Source: Planctomycetota bacterium (GTDB lineage Bacteria; Planctomycetota; Planctomycetia; Pirellulales; Pirellulaceae). From it: 64,000 nucleotides of DNA. The stretch lies in assembly GCA_031409895.1 (NCBI GenBank), contig JANNYC010000189.1, positions 1,975-65,974 of the forward strand, in the 5' to 3' direction. Below are positions 58,033 through 64,000 of the stretch, one piece after another. The position numbers were made by a program, and so were the translations under genes. The notes beneath the pieces are model-generated. The model did no database searches. It was given only the letters and a program-made list of their open reading frames with translations, and was not told the DNA's origin. Each line of letters begins with the position of its first letter. The stretch's first letter is position 1.

Positions 58033-58115
58033 GCAGAGCCGATTCGGGCGGATGGGAAGTGTGAATTATAACGACGAGCCGCAATCTCGCTAGTTCGAGG
58101 CTTTCGATGCCCGAA

Positions 58116-58550
58116 TCAATCACCGCCGCCTGGCTCGCGCCGCATTCGCTTTTGGGTGGATTGTCGTTTTTTGTTATCGAGACGCCGTAGTTTGGAGGAT
58201 TTGGTTTTTCGCGTTGGGATGCGGCGTTTCGGAGGATGCTCAACCGACGCCAACATCGCACTCAGTTTTTCCAGACAATCGGCGACGTTGCGGCCTTGAT
58301 CGCGATACCGCTGGCTTGTGAGGATGAACTCGCCAAGTTTGTTGATCCGGCTGGCGAACTTGTGGCGAAAACGTTGCTTGACGCTGTCGGGAACGCTCGG
58401 CGATTCGATCACGGACCACGTCAGCACTCCCTTGGAGTTTACTTTGTTGACATTTTGTCCGCCGGGGCCCGATGAGCGAGCAAACGAAAAGCGAAATTCG
58501 TGCTTGGGGATACTGATCTGAGGAGAGACTCGCAACATCGAAAAGGCCAC
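58116..58550 (-). CDS. arfB: alternative ribosome-rescue factor ArfB (peptidyl-tRNA hydrolase, RF-1 domain)
   Basis: SSGPGGQNVNKVNSK (GGQ motif) plus a basic C-terminal tail. About 140 aa. Confidence 0.9.
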   Translation of the reverse strand: MAFSMLRVSPQISIPKHEFRFSFARSSGPGGQNVNKVNSKGVLTWSVIESPSVPDSVKQRFRHKFASRINKLGEFILTSQRYRDQGRNVADCLEKLSAMLASVEHPPKRRIPTRKTKSSKLRRLDNKKRQSTQKRMRREPGGGD

Positions 58551-58598
58551 TTGCGCTTTGAAGCCGATAATCGTCGAGGCAACCTTTGGATAAACTCT

Positions 58599-59474
58599 TT
58601 AGACGTGATCGAGCGACGACAAGTTCGCTGGTGCAGCCGCAGACGAACTCGAAATTGACTCCACGAGCGTTGAATCAATCAAATCCGGAACACATTTTGC
58701 CAGAGAGTCGAGCAATTGAAAGGCGTCCATAGAGGCAATGTCTTCGCCAAACAACTCGAACTCGTAGAAACTACGGTACCCAGCTTGCTCCAAAGCCTGA
58801 ATCCATTCACGCAGCGAGATGGTCCCGTGTCCAGGCAAGCAGCGATTTTGTTCGCTTTGCGGGACGCACCTGCGATCTGCGAGTTGCACTAGTGCCAAAC
58901 GATCCATATTCGCAGTCAACTCGGCTAGCGACCCAAAGTCACAGCCAAAATAGTATAAGTCCAGGACGATCCCCAAATTCTTGGCTTGAAATCCGGCGAC
59001 AAGATCTAAGCTTGAGCGGATTTGATCCAAAAACGTGAATTTGCCGCCACTAGCAGAGTGCATCGGCTCTAGAGCCAATCGAATGCCAAAATCTTGGGCG
59101 ACCGGAATGAGCTCGGAAAGCGCTGTCTTGAGCAGTCGATTGGCGTGGCGGTGCGTGTGGCCGTTGGTCGAACCGGGGTGAACTATCAAGCACTCGGCTT
59201 GCATGATTGACGCCGAGCGAATGGCAGTCGTCGCGTCCTCGATGGCTTCGGCAAAGCTCAGGCCATCGCTCCCCGTGAATCCGCCGACCCATTGCAGACT
59301 GGATACTTTGAGATGAGCAGCTCGAATGGCGTCGCCAACCGTGTGGTCGCAGAAATCGGAAATCTTGTGCCGCCAAACTCCTATGCCGCCAAACCCAAGT
59401 GTCGAATAACGGGCAACATCTTCCAAAAAATTCCAGCGAAACGTGGAGACTTCGTTGATCGATATTCGGTCCAT
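58599..59474 (-). CDS. sugar phosphate isomerase/epimerase (xylose-isomerase-like TIM barrel)
   Basis: 291 aa. The pattern LALEPMH...D.YY and the overall layout fit AP endonuclease 2 / XI-like TIM barrels. Confidence 0.75.
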   Translation of the reverse strand: MDRISINEVSTFRWNFLEDVARYSTLGFGGIGVWRHKISDFCDHTVGDAIRAAHLKVSSLQWVGGFTGSDGLSFAEAIEDATTAIRSASIMQAECLIVHPGSTNGHTHRHANRLLKTALSELIPVAQDFGIRLALEPMHSASGGKFTFLDQIRSSLDLVAGFQAKNLGIVLDLYYFGCDFGSLAELTANMDRLALVQLADRRCVPQSEQNRCLPGHGTISLREWIQALEQAGYRSFYEFELFGEDIASMDAFQLLDSLAKCVPDLIDSTLVESISSSSAAAPANLSSLDHV

Positions 59475-59738
59475 GTTTCAATCCAAGCCAAGTCTGCTGG
59501 GTCCATTCACGATTCAAAGGCTGGGGTCTGACGCATTTTTCGGCCAATGTTCGACACGTTTGGAAATAACGCAAATCGGAAAAATGGCTCTGACCCCGTG
59601 GACCTCTGAGGGCAACAGTATGCAACGGTCCATTCAATAAGTAAACGTGACTTTGACCTCGGAGGCGAAACGAAAAGTGCTGGCATTGAAATTTCAAGAA
59701 ACGTAGAAAGTGAACGGCACGTTCGACTTGTCAATTAA

Positions 59739-60098
59739 ATGCTGTGGGTTAAGATGGAGCCGCCGACGGAAATTGCACCCAGTTTGTTCTCGCAATGGAA
59801 AGGAGTCGCCATGGGTTCTTTGTTGGCCCCGAACACGAATCTCGCGGGACGGATAGATTTTCCAGATCACGATGTCGAGCAGCGTGTGCGAACATTTCTA
59901 AACAGCCGCCATTTCCCCGCGTTTCGCAAGTTAAACGTCGATGTCGCCAATGGCTCAGTTCGCTTGTCGGGAAATCTGCCGACGTTTTATGAAAAGCAAG
60001 TGGCACTCCATTCGTGCCAACGCGTCGCTGGCGTCTTGCACCTAATCGACGAAATCGACGTCGACAGCAAGAATCCCAAAGCTTCTGTTGCACTCTGA
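59739..60098 (+). CDS. BON-domain protein
   Basis: DVANGSVRLSGNLPTFYEKQVALHSCQRVAGVLHLIDEIDV is a BON domain. The start codon is uncertain (59739, 59754 or 59811). Confidence 0.6.
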   Translation: MLWVKMEPPTEIAPSLFSQWKGVAMGSLLAPNTNLAGRIDFPDHDVEQRVRTFLNSRHFPAFRKLNVDVANGSVRLSGNLPTFYEKQVALHSCQRVAGVLHLIDEIDVDSKNPKASVAL

Positions 60099-60139
60099 GC
60101 GTTCGTCGCCGTGTTATCCCGCAACCTCTGCCCGACGAA

Positions 60140-60679
60140 TCAGTTTTGAGCGGCAATCGCTGCGATTTTTTCCACAGTCCGATAATTGCGAGCGGTCGCC
60201 GCGACTCCAAGGTGTTTCTCTGCCGTGGCACAAAGCTTTGAACGACCGATGCCATCTGGAGCGTGGAGGAAAAACAGACTCCCTTTAAGCAGATAAGCCT
60301 CCGTTGGCGTCTTGGCTAGGTCGAGCGCTTTGACATTAGGCGTGGCCGGTGGTTTTTCGAGAAAGAAAAAATGGAGCGATTTCGGATCCGAAACGGCATT
60401 AGGAAACGGATTCGCGTTGATCGCATTTTGCAAGTCGTCGCTGCTGATGATTAGGACTTTAGGACCGAAGCCGTGTCTTCTTTCGATCCGTTCTGTGATC
60501 GTTTTCGCAAGAGCCTTAATATTCCTTTGCTCGGAGTCGAAGACTATGTTCCCGCTTTGGATGTATGTGCGGATATTTTCAAGCTTCAATGTTTTGAGAT
60601 CGCTTACAAGCTCTTTCATCGGAAGGACATTGTTTCCACCAACATTGATCCCACGGAACAGAGCGATCCACCTTCGCAT
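60140..60679 (-). CDS. DUF1697-family protein
   Basis: Start at MRRWIALFRGINVGGNNVLPMKEL...IRTYIQSGNIVF is the DUF1697 signature. Confidence 0.8.
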   Translation of the reverse strand: MRRWIALFRGINVGGNNVLPMKELVSDLKTLKLENIRTYIQSGNIVFDSEQRNIKALAKTITERIERRHGFGPKVLIISSDDLQNAINANPFPNAVSDPKSLHFFFLEKPPATPNVKALDLAKTPTEAYLLKGSLFFLHAPDGIGRSKLCATAEKHLGVAATARNYRTVEKIAAIAAQN

Positions 60680-60764
60680 TTGATTTCCTCGTGGGTGTGT
60701 CAGGCGGAATAACGTCAAGGTTAGGTGGCCATCCGACGCTCGGCCTCACGATTCAATCGCGCCT

Positions 60765-62355
60765 TGTAGCATCCGCAAAAAGCCGTCCCGCGTGAACCTT
60801 GCGAACGCGACACATATGACGGCGTAAAACGCCGCCAAGGCATTGGCGACTATTATTGGGTTTACATCGTTCCGGTCTTGGCGAAATTGTACGAATAAGT
60901 TTACACCCAAACCAAGCATAGCCAACGGGCTCCCAATTGTTCGATCAATCGATTGATTCATGCGTTCCACGCAGCGCAAACCTTCAAACGTAAGCAAGGC
61001 ATCGCGGTCTCGCGCAAGTCCATCGTGGACAACTCGGCGACAAGTTCTCGTTATGATAGCAGCTTTCCACCTTGGGGAAGCACAATGAAGCTTGCGATCA
61101 GGCCGTGGCATTTGTTGTTGATGGCGGTCGCGGGTTGGGCGAATCGCGAGCAACAAAGGCAGATCGAGTTCTTGCTCGCGACGATTGAAGTTCTGAAGGA
61201 GCATAACGGGAAGAAGCGAATTCTTCTTAGCGACGATCAGCGGCGGCGTTTGGCGGTCAAGGCCAAAATCCTCGGCCGCAAACTCTTGGCGGAAGTCAGC
61301 ACGCTGTTCTCGCCGGAAACGATCTTGCGCTGGCATCGCGAGTTGGTCGCTCGAAAATGGGATCATTCCCATAAACGCCAGAAAAAAGGTAGGCCTCCGA
61401 TCAGCGACGAGGTCCAGCAATTGGTGCTCCGCATGGCGCGGGAGAATCCGAATTGGGGTTACGATCGCATCGTCGGCGCGCTGGAAAATCTCGGCCATAT
61501 CATTTCCGACGAATCGGTTGGAAATATTCTTCGCGAACACGGCATCGAGCCCGCACCGAAACGCTGCCGACAATCGACTTGGCGAACATTTCTCAAGGCG
61601 CATTGGGACGTTCTGGCCGCGATTGACTTTACGACCATCGAGGTTTGGACTCGACACGGGTTGATCACGTTTTATCTCCTGTTCGCGATCCACCTTAAAT
61701 CTCGACGCGTGGAATTCGCCGGTTGCACCGTGTCGCCTGACGGAGCATGGATGAAACAGATCGCGAGGAACTTGACGTATGCTGGTGACGGATTTCTGAT
61801 CAATAAAAAATACGTCTTGATGGACCGCGACACAAAATTCACCGAATCGTTTCGGGCCACGCTGAAAGAGTCTGGTGCCAAACCGTTGCTCTTGCCCCCT
61901 CGTTCTCCGAACCTCTACGCGCACATCGAAAGGTTTATGGGAAGTATTAAATCCGAGTGCTTGAACCGAATGATCTTTTTCAATGAGACGCAATTGCGAA
62001 ACGCAATTCGCGAATATCTTGCCCACTATCACGCGGAACGAAACCATCAAGGTTTGGATAACCAACTCATTGAACCGCTCGACGAATCGTCCAATCCCGA
62101 AGGCGCTATCGTTTGCCGCACGCGATTGGGTGGCCTGCTCCGTTATTACCATCGCCGCGCCGCGTGATTGGTTCGTGTTCGAAACATTTCCCGAACCCTC
62201 GATGAGTTCGCTGCTGCGCCAACTCCGAATAAAGGATCGATTTCTCCGAGACATTTCCATATTTGCGAACGCACCCAACGCAATTATCGATCCTCTACAC
62301 CCCTTTACCATCGGAAAATTCCGCTCCGAATCCACGACGGACTTTTTTGACTACA
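60765..62355 (+). mobile_element. insertion sequence (IS481-like, single-ORF DDE/rve transposase); ends tentative
   Basis: The transposase ORF is inside. Tentative termini are TGTAGCATCCGCAAAAAGCCGTC (from 60765) and, read inward from 62355, TGTAGTCAAAAAAGTCCGTC. These match only imperfectly and need indels. Confidence 0.45.
61085..62167 (+). CDS. DDE (integrase-core, rve) transposase
   Basis: N-terminal HTH region (GRPPISDEVQQLVLRMARENPNWGYDRIVGAL). DD35E-like triad in AIDFTT / LMDRDTKF / AHIERFMGSIKSE. Confidence 0.9.
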   Translation: MKLAIRPWHLLLMAVAGWANREQQRQIEFLLATIEVLKEHNGKKRILLSDDQRRRLAVKAKILGRKLLAEVSTLFSPETILRWHRELVARKWDHSHKRQKKGRPPISDEVQQLVLRMARENPNWGYDRIVGALENLGHIISDESVGNILREHGIEPAPKRCRQSTWRTFLKAHWDVLAAIDFTTIEVWTRHGLITFYLLFAIHLKSRRVEFAGCTVSPDGAWMKQIARNLTYAGDGFLINKKYVLMDRDTKFTESFRATLKESGAKPLLLPPRSPNLYAHIERFMGSIKSECLNRMIFFNETQLRNAIREYLAHYHAERNHQGLDNQLIEPLDESSNPEGAIVCRTRLGGLLRYYHRRAA

Positions 62356-62402
62356 CGCCATGCGCGCGCAGTTTTTCGACCGCACGAAAAACATTGTTGT
62401 AA

Positions 62403-62876
62403 TTAACCTTTGTTGCCGTCCCTTCTCCATCGCTGCAATGACGTGTCAATCAAGAAACGACTGAATGATGAGAAGATTTGGCTAAAATGCGACGCGCCCT
62501 CTAAGTACTGAAAAACAGGAGGATCATCGCCTGAAGTAAGCGAGAAAAAAAGAAACTGGTACCCTTGATGCATTGAAAATACAAAATCGCTATTTCTTAA
62601 TTGAAGTTTCGTTCCGCAACATTGAAGGAGTTCGCGCCCCCAACTATTGAGCTTAAGAACTTGGGGATAGAAAAAGTCTGTACCGCGGTAAAATCCTCCA
62701 GCATGTTTGCCCATTCGTCGAAGGAAGCAAACATATGCGGCGGGAAGTGGACCATTTCCAGTACGCGCAACCTCACTTATTTCCTTTTCGGAACATCCAA
62801 CAAGTGCACCATTTTGACAACTGTCAAAGCGAGTCAAGTTGGCGACTACTACATCCATGTCGGTTTCGTGGTTCAT
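62403..62876 (-). CDS. SMI1/KNR4 (SUKH-1) family immunity protein
   Basis: 157 aa. The SUKH-like pattern (EKEISEVARTGNGPLPAAYVCFLRRMG) and a start ATG overlapping the stop of the upstream toxin (ATGA). Confidence 0.75.
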   Translation of the reverse strand: MNHETDMDVVVANLTRFDSCQNGALVGCSEKEISEVARTGNGPLPAAYVCFLRRMGKHAGGFYRGTDFFYPQVLKLNSWGRELLQCCGTKLQLRNSDFVFSMHQGYQFLFFSLTSGDDPPVFQYLEGASHFSQIFSSFSRFLIDTSLQRWRRDGNKG

Positions 62877-64000
62877 AGTGGATAAATGTTACCATGACTC
62901 AAAACGAGATTTATCTTGGGATTTCGTTGCCGAAATTGCTCGATGATGCTACCGCACGAATCGCAGGGTTCTCGCTCGGTAAAAAGCCTAATTGTACCAA
63001 ATGAGTCTGGGCTCAAGTTATTATCTAAGTTCGCAAGAATAATTGCCTCGGCATCAACATCCCGGAAATGCGTGCCAACCCAATCATAGCGAAAATTAGA
63101 AAACTGGGGCTTTGGCAAAAAACCCGGCCATTGCGTACTTGTGCTTACCGCACGCATTTCCATTTGGATGCCACTTCCCAAGTCGACTTCTGCGTAAGCA
63201 ATATTTTTGAAGTCAGGAACATTAAACATCTTCCGCAGTTGAATTACCCGACGAAGGCCGTCACCTCGTCGAATAGGATTCAGAAACTGTGCCGCCACTG
63301 TTTCGGCAATTTCTTGAGTAATTTCCGTGCTCGCATTACGCGCCGGTCTAAGAGAAATTCCGTTTTCCCAAAGTGAACCAAATGCCTTTAATAGCTTTCC
63401 AACCAAAAAGCCTATTCCCAGCCCAATTAGTTGATTTTTTAGAAACGAGAGGAGTATTTCAGTTGTCGAGCTATTATTCGCGAGTCCTTGGATTGCAGTT
63501 GTCGTTGCGTCAAAGGCCGCTCCATATGCTGCAAGCGAGTAATTGCGGAGCCCTGTCGCAATACTAAACCCTGCAAAAAATCCAACAAGGAATTTCCCGC
63601 TTGGATCGACGCCTTGGATCGGGTCACCGTGCACGTAAAGATACTTATGTAGCGATTGCGGATCGGAGTTGTTGCCTCGGATTGGATCGCGGCTGAGTAA
63701 CCTGCCGGTGCGGGGGTCGTAGAATCGGGCACGGAGGTAAAGGAGTTGAGTGTTTGCGTCGAACGATTCGCCGGTGTAGAGATAGGACGTGAGCGCGGCG
63801 GAGGCGGGGAGATTGAGGAGGTTGCCGTAGGCGTCGAAGTGGAAGAGTTGCAAAATGTTGGCGGCGGATTGGACCACGGCGGCGAGGGCGTTGTACAAGA
63901 CGCGGACGGAGCCGTGGCCGTCGCTGCCGAAGTAATGAGTCACGCCCGAGTTCCAGCCGTCTTCGGGACCGATTGAGCCGTTCCCGCTGGTGTCGATTTT
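62873..64000 (-). CDS. Rhs-family polymorphic toxin, 3' part only: Rhs core end plus C-terminal deaminase-like toxin domain
   Basis: The frame is open to the window edge. The Rhs core end is YLYTGESFD...LYLRARFYDPRTGRLLSRDP...LYVHGDPIQGVDPSG (to about 63596). The 240-aa CT has DAE (63047..63055) and PCDSC (62954..62968) 28 residues apart. Confidence 0.85.
   Translation of the reverse strand, partial: KIDTSGNGSIGPEDGWNSGVTHYFGSDGHGSVRVLYNALAAVVQSAANILQLFHFDAYGNLLNLPASAALTSYLYTGESFDANTQLLYLRARFYDPRTGRLLSRDPIRGNNSDPQSLHKYLYVHGDPIQGVDPSGKFLVGFFAGFSIATGLRNYSLAAYGAAFDATTTAIQGLANNSSTTEILLSFLKNQLIGLGIGFLVGKLLKAFGSLWENGISLRPARNASTEITQEIAETVAAQFLNPIRRGDGLRRVIQLRKMFNVPDFKNIAYAEVDLGSGIQMEMRAVSTSTQWPGFLPKPQFSNFRYDWVGTHFRDVDAEAIILANLDNNLSPDSFGTIRLFTEREPCDSCGSIIEQFRQRNPKINLVLSHGNIYPL

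Noticed and set aside
59681-59696. Sigma-54-like promoter TGGCAT-N5-TTTCA about 45 nt upstream of the BON-domain gene
   Set aside because: The -24 element has one mismatch and the -12 element lacks the conserved GC. There is no enhancer-binding-protein gene nearby. It is too weak to call.
60746-62335. 529-aa ORF on the minus strand, the second-longest ORF in this part of the window
   Set aside because: It lies exactly antisense to the transposase gene, whose product has clear HTH and DD35E motifs. The antisense product is Arg/Phe-rich with no recognisable motif. It is a shadow ORF.
62168-62402. Possible orphan toxin-tip or immunity fragment between the transposase and the SUKH gene
   Set aside because: Short ORFs exist on both strands here (for example MSSLLRQLRIKDRF...), but none has a recognisable motif, start context or length. 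Part of the segment is probably the IS end.
1-64000. rRNA, tRNA, tmRNA, RNase P and CRISPR arrays
   Set aside because: I saw no cloverleaf-compatible segments with GTTCGAATC-type T-arms and no conserved rRNA blocks in the intergenic regions. A tRNAscan/Infernal run would be needed to be certain.

Overview
This is a chromosomal segment of roughly 53-56% GC (hand-sampled lines). Its gene content looks planctomycete (Pirellulales-like); that placement is an inference. I call about 55 protein genes and found no rRNA, tRNA or CRISPR array. Most genes are housekeeping or metabolic: pepD, oligopeptidase B, a rhamnulose-1-P aldolase/SDR fusion with rhamnulokinase, an APC permease, a Fur-family regulator, AlgH, a GldA/GldF-GldG-type ABC system with DUF4340, ExbB/ExbD, two TatA paralogs, an ECF sigma/anti-sigma pair, nrdR, an LpxL-like acyltransferase, lhgO, mgtE, ispG, trmL, pcrA/uvrD, an amidase, a 2039-aa alpha-2-macroglobulin and arfB. 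There are three accessory pieces. (1) A HicB-HicA pair in which the canonical HicA C-terminus lies out of frame. (2) A four-helix-bundle (23S-IVS/bAvd-like) gene bounded by ~60-bp direct repeats built from a GAGATTTGA-type motif that recurs at other intergenic sites. (3) At the right edge, an IS (single-ORF DDE/rve transposase) next to an Rhs-type polymorphic toxin. The toxin's low-GC C-terminal domain carries a deaminase-like DAE...PCxxC signature and is translationally coupled to a SMI1/KNR4 (SUKH) immunity gene. Other notable points: a SelW-like selenoprotein missed by the ORF track (in-frame UGA in a CxxU motif plus a SECIS-like hairpin); an ExbB-ExbD operon whose third gene puts an alpha/alpha-toroid repeat protein where TonB normally sits; two lipoprotein ORFs under 60 aa; and several large intergenic palindromic elements.
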